DNA of 64,000 nt, taken from the NCBI GenBank assembly GCA_047967505.1, contig CM106538.1. One strand, given 5' to 3'. This stretch comes from Dipteris shenzhenensis. Taxonomy: Eukaryota. Both the position numbers and the translations under genes were made by a program. Of this stretch, positions 25,540 to 37,885 are shown one piece after another (the first letter of the stretch is position 1; every line of letters begins with the position of its first letter). The notes under the pieces were generated by a model. It was not told the origin of the DNA. It did not search any database and worked only from the letters and a program-made list of their open reading frames with translations.

Positions 25540-26030
25540 AAAGGACAAAATGATGATGTGGCAACTATGTTCACATGCAAAATTGTCTGGCAAGTGGTGT
25601 GCCTATGGAGCACTATGTGATGTGGTAGTTGTGTGCACATGGAAGTGCCTAGGAAGAGATTGTGCCTGCCAAGGGGATGTGTGCCACCTGTTAGTGATGA
25701 CATGGTAGATGATGTGGTTAGAATGACGTGGTTGATGACATGGCATGGTGAGATGGCTGATAATGTGGTAGCTGAGGTGGTGATGTGGCAATGACGATGT
25801 GTTTGTTCATGTGGTAATCGATGATGATGTTGCAATTAGTGTTGATGTGTCAATGGTGATGTGGACCTATGATGATGTGGCTTGCTAAGCTGGCAGATAG
25901 GGTGACATGGGTAGATAGCCTTTGTGGTAGTGTGTCACGTGTCATCGAAGGAGAGTTGATGACCTGGCAAGTGGATAAAATGTGGAGTGCCACATGTCAC
26001 TTTTTGCATGGTACCACGTGTTAAAGGAAA
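25540..26030. repeat. Degenerate TGATGTGG(CA)-rich repeat region
   Basis: Many scattered tgatgtgg/tgacatgg motifs. Probably internal to the minus-strand LTR element. Confidence 0.5.
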
Positions 26031-27270
26031 GGATAGAAGATTTGTCAAAATATTCTAGATTCAAACAAAATCTTCGAAGATTCTATTGAAAGGTAGCGAT
26101 TTCATCGCCTTCTCTATAGCGACGTTGATGGCTGTGTGTGCCCGCCTTGTAGGATGGTTGCAGTTTGTCGCTGTGAGCAGGGCTTGGAGGTGTTGGCATT
26201 GGCGTTGGGGGTTGTAATGACATAGGTGCTAAACCTTGAAGTCGTCATGCTGTTGAAGTAGGCATGGAGGAGCCACTAAAGCCATTTAGAGGCTAGTCGT
26301 GTTCGAGAGGTTAATGGCATTCGTGGTTGTCACGACTGGTGGCCACCTTACTCAAAGCTTAGCATTGTAGTGCTATAGTTGAAGCGTTAGTTGCTCATTT
26401 GGAGGTGCAATTGCTTTCAACTAGTTCTTTGTGGTGCGTGAGAGTCATTAGTGTAGGTGGTTGAAGCTTGTTTGCCATCTACCATGCGTTTGAAGAAGTG
26501 CCACTATAGATGCTGTAGAGAGTCTCCTTACTGGTTGCTTGGTTGTCTGGATGCATTTTATTGGCCGTGTGTTCACTTAGCCGCATGTACATTGCCTTAT
26601 GCCCGATTCTACATGCTAGCTACGTAATAGGGCTGATGGATCATGGTGCAGCTTGTGGCCAAGTCGCTGAGGCTGTAGAGCATCACTACTGCTATGTCGT
26701 TTGCATGAGTTGCATGAGTGGTGCTACTATTGAATTGTGTGCTTAGGTTGTCTTGGCTACGGTGTTGTGGCGTGTGTTGTGTGTAGCCCAATTGTAGAGG
26801 TAGTTGCTAGTGGAGGCGCCTATGAGCTGCGCATTGTAGGTCGAGTCATTTAGGAGCTCACTTTAGTTGCTATAGCAGTGTCGTAGATAGTTTTGTATCC
26901 ATAGCTATGTTGAGTTCCTCTTCATCTATTTGAGCTCAAAGCTCTAATTGAGCTTGTGTAGAGGAGTCGCTCTCTCAAAGAAGTCTATTTTTCTCCCTCT
27001 CTCTCCTTTAAAGAAGAATATGAGAATAGAGATCTCTCCTTAGTCTCTCAAATTCTCTCTCATAGAGATAAGAAACAAGGGACTCTCTCTCATAGTAATA
27101 AAATCTCTCAAGGAAATCTTCATATAGAATAGACAAAAGTTTCAAAAAGAATTAAGAACTCTCAATGATCTAAAATCCTTCACTCGACAGAAGTGAACAG
27201 AATGAATGAATACCTCTCAATCTCTCTTACACTCTCACAAAGATGGCCCCCCAAAGGAAGGTAGAGCCAT

Positions 27271-27502
27271 GCTTTGATACCATGAACAAATATGGAGAGA
27301 GGAGAGGAGAAGAATGAAGATGGAGAGGACACAGCTAGAGAGCACACCACAAATGACTAACTATACACTTGAATTAGTTGAAAATAAGAATATATACAAA
27401 CCGCTTTAGGGTCAGGGTTTCCAACCCTTGTGCCTTTTAGCACTCTATGTGTTAGTGCTATGCACTTGTGATAACACATGATGTTGAGATGAATCCTCAA
27501 CA
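27271..27502 (-). mobile_element. Short 5' LTR (27283-27502) with tRNA-iMet-type PBS (27271-27282) of an LTR element lacking visible gag-pol
   Basis: Minus strand reads TGTTGAGG...TTGTTCA followed by TGGTATCAAAGC. Confidence 0.6.
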
Positions 27503-29220
27503 TACCACCACTACCTTTCCCTCTTTGTCCCCCTTTTCCTCTTTAAAATTTGATCTCTTATCCCTCTTTCCCACGTCTTTCCTTCTTCCTCTCTCTCTCT
27601 CTCCCTCTCTAGATGTCCCCTTAATAGAAGACCCCTCTCTCCCTCGCTCTCTCTCTCTCTCCCTAACATCCCCTCTCTTCCTCTCTCTCCCTCTCTAAAT
27701 GGCCCTTCTTTAAAGTTTCCCTCTCTCTTTCTCTTCATCTCCCTCTCTAAATTTCCCCTCTCTCTCTTCTCTCCCTCTAGGCTCTCTCCCTCCATTTGCT
27801 ATAAATTGTATCAAGTTTTAGGTATTTCCTTGGATTTATCATATGTTCAATTTTATCTAAGATTCATTAATAAGGTCAAAGATGTCTTGGTAGAACTAGA
27901 TCACTTTGAGGCTAGAAGAAGTGCTCTAGATGCTCCAATGATAGCGATAATGATGAGAAGACCAAGAGGCTATCTAAAATCTAAGTTTTGAAAGTGTGAG
28001 AATGAATTCCTCAAGAGCTAGAGATGCAAAGGCTCCATAAAAATCATCAAAGAAAGCCAGCTTCATGCAAATGAATTGATTGGAAGCTCACTTGTAAGGA
28101 GCTAAAACAAAATCTAGATTTCAACAAGTAGGCTCCAAAAGTTAGGTGCATCCCTATGGATTTCAGTGGAATGGATTGATTTTTTGCTGTTTGTAAGCTC
28201 TCTCATTCCCTAAGTCTTCAATTGACTACATATATTTTACAAAACTATTATGTTTACTAAAGCATGTCTTTGTATGAATAGAAAATAAAGGTAAAAGGGA
28301 CCACACATCTGAAGAGGATGATAACAGTTTTCAAAAGGGGACAATCAAGCTCATACCTAGAGGAGAATAAAGGTTAGAAACTCATGGAAGTCATTATGTA
28401 AAAACCCATAAAGCATGTGCAAGTAAGCACATATGTAAAATAACCCTATATTTAAATTTTAACATTTTTTTAAGATAATTTGTTTACCCCTCTTCCATAC
28501 ATATACATGTTGTAATTGTGAGTTTAAAAGTCCCCTCCTTACATGTACATAACATTTTATACTAGATAACTATTTTTCTAAACCCCCCTTGGCTATAAAT
28601 GTCTCATTACTTCTAAAAATTTAAAAATCACCTTCCATGAATGAACCTAATATCTTACATCTTTATAGAGTGATCACCTGGGGGTGAGAAATTTGATGAC
28701 TTCGTCATAAATGTACGTACACTTGACGCAATGATCACTCTCAAGCATTACTTTGTTTTCGCATCCTTTTAAACTCAAAAGCAGTTAAACATTCACATAT
28801 ACTTGTGATAAGCCAAACTTCAAAGAAGATATACTCCTAGAGGACATTAGAGACATCGAGGAAGGGCGTGCAAGGAGGGTAATATGCAGAAGAGGAGGCT
28901 AGCCTAGAAGAGGAGTATTCAAAAGAGGACCAAGAAGAGGATCCAAACCATTAAGAGGGGACATGCTTGTTTTTTATCCTTGTTGGGACTTTTGGGAAGT
29001 TGGGGTTCCACATTGGTAGCTAATAGAATGAGATATTTGAGGAGGTGGGTCCAAAATGTAAAATTTAAAGGATATTTTGTATTGCAATGATGCTCTTCAG
29101 GCTATACAAGCAATGTAAACATGTCACCATTAATAAAAATTATGCATCCCAATTTTTTCATTTCAAAAGGAAAAGCTTTGATAAGCTTACTGAAATAGTA
29201 TAGACACTAACACCAATGTT

Positions 29221-29332
29221 TGTATTGACATTATATTCTTTACAATTATAATGACATCAATATTAATGGAAATGCTTGTATTGACATTATTCTCTTTACA
29301 ATTATAATGACATTAATATCAATGGAAATGCT
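29221..29332. repeat. 56 bp imperfect tandem duplication
   Basis: tgtattgacatta..ggaaatgct occurs twice. Confidence 0.85.
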
Positions 29333-29978
29333 TATTTCTCCAACAGAAAAACAATGCAATAGCATCAAAATGGGCCTTCTTTCCTTGTAGCATATGTTTC
29401 ACAAAAGATCAAAGCTCCTTTTAATAGCATGATGATTCAATCCATACATTTCAAGTAAAATTCTTCATTATTATGTACCATCTTTACAACCAGAGCGGTG
29501 CCATGATGGTATTCTATTTACAAATTAGCTTGAAATTAGACATCCTATTTTGCATTTAAAACGGAATTAACAAATGGATCTTGTACACTCAAAATATATC
29601 CCCTTTCTTAGCCTAGGATTTAAAGAATACGATGTAAAAAAAAGGAATCATGGTTATTCAATTCCATGTTATGACCTTCTAGCTGAAGACTCGACAACAT
29701 CAATACAATTACAAAACAAAGCATCTCAAATTGAACCCTTTACAGATGAGCTTTTATTTTCAAATGCAATGTTTGAAGCATCAAAACTCCTAAATTACTA
29801 GGCCTATAACTAGGGGACAAGACTTGGTTAAATATAAATTGAAAGTAGTTTAAAATTCTTGAAGTGGAATCTCAAGACTTTACTTACAATATGTTGCACA
29901 CCAATTATCAAATAATAACATGGATAATCATTAGCATGCATAGAGATATTATGATATGTAATAATATATGATGTAGTC

Positions 29979-29980
<2 letters not shown>

Positions 29981-30075
<95 letters not shown>

Positions 30076-30162
30076 ACCTTTTTTTTAAAAGCACCGCGCG
30101 TCACACACACACACATACACACACACCCCTATGTGCACACATAAATGCACATGCACATATGT

Positions 30163-30198
<36 letters not shown>
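29981..30198. repeat. Compound (CT)35/(CA)n microsatellite cluster
   Basis: Seen directly. Confidence 0.95.
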
Positions 30199-30200
<2 letters not shown>

Positions 30201-31099
30201 GGTAGTTATATGTTTGTATGGCAAGGCTATATCATTTATATGTTGGAGCCCACTCATGAGTAGATTTTTATAGAAATATATTTGGTGGCATCAAAATTGT
30301 GTACCTCAAGCTTGGGAGAGCTTCAAGGCCTTGGTGGTGGTGGTGATAATGACAAGTAAAGGAAGAAAGCTTCATGTTGACGTTTTATGTCAATGATGTA
30401 GATAGGTGGGCCAACAAAGTGACTGAGATAAAGGATATAAGGGTAGGGATGCACAATAAATAACATTTAACAAAAGGAGAGGTGGGAAGTAGATAGACAC
30501 AATGGATTGCCTTGAACATGTAGAAGGTTTGAAATTGATCCATACACCCTTGATAGTGGAGCCCTGATGTTCTAGGGTGGAGAGTCACATGCTTGAAAAA
30601 TATGAACTTCATACTTATCCTGTGTGCCATACATTATATAAGAGAGAGAGAATGGTGTGGTAGGCAAATTTGAACTCCGTGCTTAACCTCTAGAAAGTGG
30701 AGTACCATATTGTGCACTCATAGAATTATGATTTTACCCTCACCCTTTAAGTAGACCTCTCACAAAAGAAGAAGAGAATGACATACCCCCAAACTTCAAA
30801 AAGCTCACTTCTTTTCAAAACAAGTGTCATGTTGGTATGAAATAGAATTGTTATGAACTGGAAAAAGAATGGAAGAAAGTGCCCTCGAGAAAACAAGCAA
30901 CTAGAAAGCATCGAGCTACCATGATAACGAGTCCCAACCACTTGACGACACAAGCAAAATAATAATAGGAAGGGTGGTGTGTAGGAGCTTTGTGGATTGC
31001 CAACGGGGAGGAAGGTAAAACGAGGTGAGAGGGAGCTAAGCTTCATGTGCGAGGGGAGGGAAGAAACATGAGGGACATGTGTAAAGTGGAGTGCGAAGT

Positions 31100-31790
31100 T
31101 CTAACCCCCCAATGATAAGGAGGATGTGTGCCTTCACGTGCGCACGGTTCACAAAAAAAAACCAATGCGCACGTTAAATGAAGGACACAACTCATTGAGG
31201 AAAATTATTGATCCAAAAGTAATGGGGGGAGGGTTTTCTAATTTAAAAAATTTTACAAAAGGAATATCGCAAGCCGGCGGACACGTGGCGGAGAATCTGT
31301 GGGGGGTTGCGGGGCGTATTATACACACAAACGCGCCTACGAAACAGTAAGTATGCGAGTATTGTACGGCATAGATACGGCGTAGATACAACGAGGGGAG
31401 CATGCGACCTGGGAGACTGCGTATCAGGCAAAAGCGTACATACGATAGAGTAGATATGGGAGTATTTATATGGAGCGCTCGTGCGGGTGGACATTTACAC
31501 GAGACAGATTGGGGGCTATTTCCATAGGGGGAGCGTGAGAATCTAAGGCCTGGGGTTCTTTTGATAATTTAGGCCAGTGTGGCTTTTTCCTCTTTTGCTC
31601 AAAGGGACTGTGACAGCACTTACTCATTACTCTCCTCTCTGTAGCTGTCTCTCGCCATAGCCACTTTTCCCTCAAGCTCAACGTAGAGTGCGAAGCTCGC
31701 AATCGTGCAGCTCGCCATATCTTGCTTTTAGATCGAGATCACAGAGAGAGACACGGAGAAGAGAGAGAGAGAGAGAGAGAGAGACCAGAT
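31100..31790 (+). promoter_or_regulatory. Upstream regulatory region of the TCP gene (G-boxes, GA repeat)
   Basis: CACGTG at 31135-31140, GACACGTGGC at 31280-31289, (GA)n at about 31744-31785. CpG-rich relative to the flanking TEs. Confidence 0.5.
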
Positions 31791-32429
31791 TCAGATCGGA
31801 CATCTACAGAGGTTGAATTGGAGAACAAACCTACATACACACACACATACAAACAGAGCTTTGCGCGGCTACTTACAGTAGTTTGTAATGCCTGTTTGTC
31901 CCTTCATCGTTGCAGATATGCAGTCGTCGCTGTAGCTCAGCTTCTTCTTCTCCTACTGGCTTTGCAACTCAGCTTCCAGCTCCAGTAGTGGCTCAGTAGT
32001 TGCTTTGCTGCATCGCCTCCATAGCTCACCAGCCACCTTCCTCCCCCTCCTCCATTTACCTCCCCTAACGTGCGTCGTGCTCGCTTCCAAATCTCTCCTT
32101 CTTTTCCATCAATTTTGAATGCTTCCTCTTGTTATCACCGTCCAGCCATCCGTCTTACTATAGCTTAGCTTTTAGCTCTCCTTGCCAGCCAGCCAGCCAG
32201 CCAAGCAGCCAGCCAGCCAGCTTGCCGGCCTGCACTTCATCTGCACCTCCTGGAAAGCCTTCCCTTCCACTTTTCCCTTCCCCTCCCAAACAGAAGAACC
32301 ACCCTCTCCCTTGCCATCATCGTCCTTGCCTTCCTCCCTCTGCCCAAAAGGCCGCCCTCCAACTATCTCTCCTCAGCTCGCTTTCCCTCTCACATGGCCG
32401 GAATGATTTCTCTCTTCTCCCTCCCGTCT

Positions 32430-32437
32430 TATAAATA
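32430..32437 (+). promoter_or_regulatory. Candidate TATA box of the TCP gene
   Basis: TATAAATA after a pyrimidine-rich tract, about 440 bp upstream of the likely ATG. Confidence 0.55.
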
Positions 32438-32500
32438 CAGGAGCATCTTGAGATCGGGCTCTTCCCTAGAGGTTGCCGCAGCTTGCTTCACGGGTGGCGG

Positions 32501-32650
32501 ATGACTACTCGATCTCTCCCACCGCGATATGTAGGTCTCCCCCGCCTGGTGACAGGCCACACACTGAGCTGTATGAGTTTCGTAGGTAATGGGTGTAGGG
32601 GTGAAAACCCGCAGGCAGCTGTGCAACCGCATGCCATCCGGAGGCACTAA
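32501..32650 (+). other. Candidate upstream ORF (49 aa)
   Basis: ATG 32501 to TAA 32650: [49 protein letters not shown]. Confidence 0.3.
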
Positions 32651-32876
32651 GCTAGCTGGTGTGGCTTGTACTTCTAGTACTACGGTTTGTAGCTCGCTCT
32701 CTTCTAAAGTCTTAGTGTTTGTATTCGAATTTGACCTTGCCTTTCCGGTTTCACCCTCAGCTACCTCTTGCCAGCTGCATGCCGTTTCATCCCAACCATT
32801 CTGCGAAATATCTGCATGTCGAAGTCAGACTTTGAGCGGAAGATTTACATACATCTGGGCGTATATAGGTTGTAGC

Positions 32877-34541
32877 ATGGACTCCAGAGAGCATGGTCCG
32901 TCCAAATCAGATAGAGATTCTGGGGCAGGAGGTAGTCCAGAGAACAATGTGCCGTTACAGCTAGTGCAGTATCAGAGCGAGGGCAGAAGTACGATCGGAT
33001 ACGCGCGTCCCCAGCAGCATAATTCGCATTTTACTGGAGCTTCGATAGCTCAAGCAATGGCTGCTATGGCTGGTGGCACGGGAATTAGTGCCTCGCAAGT
33101 AGATGCATCACTTGCAATGTCTGCACCAGGTCTAGGGCAAAAGTATTCATCCGAAGGGCAGTTGAGCAGTAGCCTGGGGACTTTATCAGGACAATCGCCG
33201 GCTGCCCAAGCACAATCGCAAGAGTTGGCCATCGCAGGACCCTCATCGGAAGCCGGCCAGCTCGCAGCAAAGAAGCCACCTCCCAAGAGATCCTCTACGA
33301 AAGATCGCCACACTAAGGTAGATGGCCGAGGAAGGCGCATTCGCATGCCGGCAGCTTGTGCCGCTCGAATTTTCCAGCTTACCCGTGAACTTGGACACAA
33401 ATCGGACGGAGAGACGATCGAGTGGCTGCTTCATCACGCAGAGCCTGCAGTAATCGCGGCAACAGGCACCGGTACTATTCCCGCTTCTTTCCAAACATCC
33501 GGTGGCTCTATGCGTTCAACATCGTCAAGCATTTCTGCACCGTTGCACAGGCCCCCTTCCTTCCATGGTGCTCTAGGATTATCAGGGCTCGGCCAAAGGG
33601 ACACATCAGACATGACGGCTGCAAGGTTGGAGCAAGCACGCAGGGCAGAATGGGATGCAGTGGAGGAGAGAGCCATGGAAGCAAACAGGCGAATGGGATT
33701 CAGCATAGGCCAAGGAGACACAGGATTAGGGCAAGATGTCATGTCGGGTTTTCATCACGAGAGCTTGATGGGGGGAGGAACAGACGTTGGAGAGGGGATG
33801 GGAGCCGATTCCTTAGACTCTGGAAACATGAGAAAAAGATTTCGAGGATCTTTGACGCATCTCAAGGAAGAACCTGAAACCACCAGACCCTTGTTTTCGG
33901 TTATGAGGCCCTCCTCTCTTGCTGGTGCGTCCCAAGGCGGAGCTTCCAATCTGATGCCGATGTGGGCAGTGGCTCCTGCACCAGCATTGGCCAGTAACAA
34001 TTCTTTGCCAGGGGCCTTTTGGATGCTTCCCGTTAGTGCAGGTTCTTCCACTCCTGGCGTCGTGGCTGGGCCTTCACATGAGCAGATCTGGGCTTTTCCT
34101 CCAGGGGGTCCGAGTGGAACAATGTACAGAATGGCTGCACCACCTGGCCCTTCAATACATTTGGGATCGTCAGCAGCTGCTGCAACAGCATCAGGAGGAG
34201 CCGGTGGAAGCTCTCCATCTTCGGCGAATTCTATGATGCCTCTCCCTGCATCCATGCTCCCCAGCGCTGTCACGTTTATGCATAGGTTCAATCTTTCCGG
34301 AGGAATGGGTCTGGATCTGCAAGGAGGGCAATATGGGCATATGCCAATTGGATCAATGCTACTTCAACAAGGTTCCCAACAGCTACCAGGAGCTGGATTA
34401 GGTTTGGGAGGAGACCAACAATTAGGCATGCTTGCTGCAGTCAATGCCTATCCGAGTCGTTCTACACAGCAGGATCAGCACTCCATGGGCACAGGTCATC
34501 AGCAGGGAGATAGTGGAGAGGATCCAACGAGTTCTCAATAA
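32877..34541 (+). CDS. TCP: Class I (PCF-type) TCP transcription factor, 554 aa, uninterrupted CDS
   Basis: [62 protein letters not shown] from 33300 is a class I TCP domain. The frame is open from ATG 32589, but MDSREH (32877, context GCATGG) is the likelier start. Confidence 0.95.
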   Translation: MDSREHGPSKSDRDSGAGGSPENNVPLQLVQYQSEGRSTIGYARPQQHNSHFTGASIAQAMAAMAGGTGISASQVDASLAMSAPGLGQKYSSEGQLSSSLGTLSGQSPAAQAQSQELAIAGPSSEAGQLAAKKPPPKRSSTKDRHTKVDGRGRRIRMPAACAARIFQLTRELGHKSDGETIEWLLHHAEPAVIAATGTGTIPASFQTSGGSMRSTSSSISAPLHRPPSFHGALGLSGLGQRDTSDMTAARLEQARRAEWDAVEERAMEANRRMGFSIGQGDTGLGQDVMSGFHHESLMGGGTDVGEGMGADSLDSGNMRKRFRGSLTHLKEEPETTRPLFSVMRPSSLAGASQGGASNLMPMWAVAPAPALASNNSLPGAFWMLPVSAGSSTPGVVAGPSHEQIWAFPPGGPSGTMYRMAAPPGPSIHLGSSAAAATASGGAGGSSPSSANSMMPLPASMLPSAVTFMHRFNLSGGMGLDLQGGQYGHMPIGSMLLQQGSQQLPGAGLGLGGDQQLGMLAAVNAYPSRSTQQDQHSMGTGHQQGDSGEDPTSSQ

Positions 34542-35639
34542 CAATAGGTTTTCCTTTGTAGAGTGTGGAGAAACATTAGTTGGCTAGCAGGTATTCTCAT
34601 TCACCTTAATGTACGTAATGATAGCTATCACAAGCAAAGAGCCAATGCAGAAGCACAGAATTCCGGGAAATACCATATTGAGAACCACCCCGACGTGACC
34701 CGTCTATATTGCAGATTGACATCTCTTGCTTCCTGGAAGGAATTCGGATTTTTTCTCTCATTGTTGGATAACTTGACAGATAAAATAAGGTGTTCTTGCG
34801 GCTCGCAGGATACATACTTGCTCAAGCCGTCTGTACAACTTTCCTTTGTACCAGTAGATATATGGCAAGTCGATCCCTTCCGTAGCCAAAATCTAAAGCT
34901 CATGATAGATTCTTCTATTCGTCTTTTCAAGTCTGTTCTCCTTCGATTTGAGTTTTGATTAATTTCTTGGCCCAAAACGGTCAAAACCTACCCACTGTAT
35001 AGGTGCTGGCCAATCAATAGGCATGTTGTAGAGCAGACAGTGTCTAGCTGAGAGCTATTATTCTTTGTTGAAACAGGAAATTGGTTGCTTTCCTATTGGA
35101 ATTCTGAGATTCCTTGGCAGCATTTCTGCCACCTCTTTTGATCGTTCCGGATCGATGTATTGTTTCAGTTTGTGCCCATAATTTGTATTGATCATGGTGG
35201 CATTAAGTCTTGGGATTGTAATTTCAAAGATCTTTGTTTGGAGAACCAGCATCCCAACATTGTTGATGAGGTATTTGGATGGCAATTGGCATGGTTCTTT
35301 GAATTCATTGTGATAGTTAGCTAGTGTTTTTTCACAATGTGGTTCGGAACCCCCTCAGTAGAAAAGACGCTTAAGTTCAAGGACTAATGAGGACCTATTT
35401 ATAAATATCTGCTTGCATGTTTGCTTCCAGGAGTCTGGAAGACCACCGTTTACGATATGGTTGCTTGGGGCTGCCTTGTTCAGCATATGTATTTGTTCCA
35501 TAATTGTAAGTGTGAGCCATGGGCAATTGCAATGTCCAGTATTAAGCCGAGTATTCTGTAGTATACTGCATGTTATAACTTTTATGAAAGGAGCCGTAGG
35601 ATATGTGGCACCGCAAGTTCGATGTTGCCAAGGGGTTGC

Positions 35640-35840
35640 AAACGTGTTCACAAATGGGCGTCTATTGCAAGTTAAACACACAATAGTGTAAAGATAAGAT
35701 AATGGGCGTGTGAAGCGATCCTGCTGCAGGAGAAGGTACTTCGAGCAAACGTGTTGACAATCGGGTCGTCGATTCCAAGTGAAGAACACAACAGTGTAAA
35801 GATAACGCGCAATCCTGGTGCAGGAGAAGGTATTTAGATC
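35640..35840. repeat. Diverged tandem duplication of about 100 bp
   Basis: aacgtgtt..agtgtaaagataa..atcctg.tgcaggagaaggta occurs twice. Confidence 0.75.
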
Positions 35841-36554
35841 GTAGGATGCGTCCACGAGGTAGGAATATAAGGTCAGAACGTGTAAAAGATTTACTCGTGT
35901 CCTCAGAAAGCGGGCTAGCACACATTATATATAATATATCATCAATCGAGAAGCTTGAGTTTGAAGATTTGCTCATTCGAAGTTCGAACTGTTTTTCCGT
36001 GGTGGGTTCGGCATTTTTCGAAAGGTGGGCAGAGTATTGGTGCTCCGTCACGGACCAAAATGTTGTTCCGTGGTGGGTTCAGGAGTGGGCAGCATTGCAG
36101 GTCTGTCGGGGTTTAGAAGTTAGAACTCAGGGAGCGGCTGGGTACATAGGAAGGGAGTCTAATGAGGCGTGTCAGCTGGAGAGGCGACCGAGCTAAACTC
36201 GGAAGGCGTCATGACGGCACTCTAGAGCAAGATATAGTTCGTGAGGAAAATTTCCAGCTGGGGCCCGGCGACATGACGGTGGGAGGAAGGGATGGACGAG
36301 CTGCTGCGACTAAAAAGCGAAAGCCTCATTGAGAAAGTCTAGCTGCCAAAGCTGACGCAAACACTATAGAAAGGCAAGGAGGAAGCTGTAAACGTGGGGG
36401 TTAGTGAAGAAGGATTGGTCGGATGTGCAGACGATGTATTATCCACCTACAGGAAGCTCTGGATAGCCTGCAAAAAGTCTGGCGGATCCGTCGATTTTTG
36501 GTGATACGAGGAATAGATCTGGAGGAAGAAAGAAGCAACGTCGTCGTTACGTCG

Positions 36555-37058
36555 TATTAACCTACCATCAGTCTGAACGAATGGATTGAGCATTGAAGTT
36601 TGGAAGGTAATTGCCATGTGTGCATGCGGTACTCGTTGATGTAGAAAAGAGATGGAGCTTTCAATCAAGTTACCATGAATCTGAACGAATGGATTCGGGA
36701 TTGCCGTGTGTGCATGCGATACTAAGAATTGATGCGTTGACGTAACAAAAATCGTCGTGTTCAATTAAGCTATCATCAATCTGAAATAATGGATAGAACA
36801 TTGAAGTTTGCAACGTAAATAAGGTTCAAAGTGCCGTGTATGCATGCGATTGATGCTTTGACGTAGAAAAGAAATCGTGGTGTTAAATCAAGTTAGCATC
36901 AATTTGGACGAATGGATTGAGCATTGAAGTTTGCAACGTAACAAACGTAAACAAGGTTCGAATCGCCGTAAACGTCAGTAAGGTTTGCAACGTAATAAGG
37001 TTGGAACTGCCGTGTAATGAATTAATGCTTTGACGTAGAAAAGAAATCGTGGGGTTCA
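36555..37058. repeat. Four diverged tandem units of about 100-150 bp
   Basis: Recurring aatctgaacgaatggatt, cattgaagtttgcaacgtaa, tgcatgcg and ttgacgtagaaaagaaatcgt. Confidence 0.8.
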
Positions 37059-37469
37059 CGACATGTGGGTGTGATGGATTGGCACGGCATTACAGAGTCT
37101 TACAGAGAGCGATCGTGTATAATAATTGGTCGTCTTGGATGTTGAATCCTGATCTGGTTGTCTGTTTGCGAAAATTGTGATTTCATCGACGACAATTGAA
37201 GCAATTGTTTGCTAAAATCTCGACGCAATTGCTTGCGAAAATCGTTTGATTTCATCGACACCGAAGCCATTGTCTTTTCTGCATAGTTGTCTAATAATAG
37301 TACGTTGAAATTGAGTAATCGTATATACGAAGAATTCTATATTAAATTTGGATTAATTAAACCACCGCGTGTTTTGGGGGCTATGGATAAGATGGTAAAG
37401 TGTCGTATTAGCGGTAATAACCCTATTAATATAATATATTGCTTTTTGCCTTTTTTAAAACTCGCACTG

Positions 37470-37885
37470 AAGGGTGGCCACGTGGAGGGCCCCACTTCCT
37501 GCCACTTGTCGCAGATGCCCCGCTGCGCACATGCGTGCGCACTCCACGTGGGGCCCGCAGCGCCCTGCAAACAGCGCTTTGGTGGACCCGCACCAATGGC
37601 TCTACACACATGTGCTCGTCATGGCCACCTCACGCGCCGGGCCCGCCTCGATTCCCTCCACGTCACCTTGCTACCACCCAGGTCTTCGCAAGCGTGCGCC
37701 ATACGTAAGGCGCATGTACGCGGACACGTAAGCAGACGCCCGTGTTAACGCCGACACGTCAGCCGGCGCCCCTGGTATAAATTGCTCTCTCACGAATCTA
37801 TGAATGCGCACACACGTCAGCCGGCGCTCTTGTAAAATAAGTGGTGAAATTTTTCAAAGGCCAAAGATCTGAGTGGGGCCCTAGA
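37470..37885 (+). promoter_or_regulatory. GC-rich cis-element cluster (G-boxes, TCP sites, CCAAT, TATA)
   Basis: CACGTG at 37479 and 37545; GGNCCCAC at 37488 (+), 37548 (-) and 37873 (-); GTGGACCC at 37582; CCACGTCA at 37658; TATAAAT at 37776. Confidence 0.55.

Noticed and set aside
32540-32605. Fragments resembling a TPP riboswitch or hammerhead ribozyme (CTGAG, GGTAATG, GTAGGG, GAAA)
   Set aside because: The ACCUGA core and the CUGANGA core with proper stems are missing.
33050-34291. Antisense and alternative-frame ORFs over the TCP CDS
   Set aside because: Shadow ORFs of a GC-rich coding region with no recognisable motifs.
34563-36196. ORFs of 100-190 aa downstream of the TCP stop
   Set aside because: No domains, overlapping on both strands, most likely 3' UTR or intergenic.
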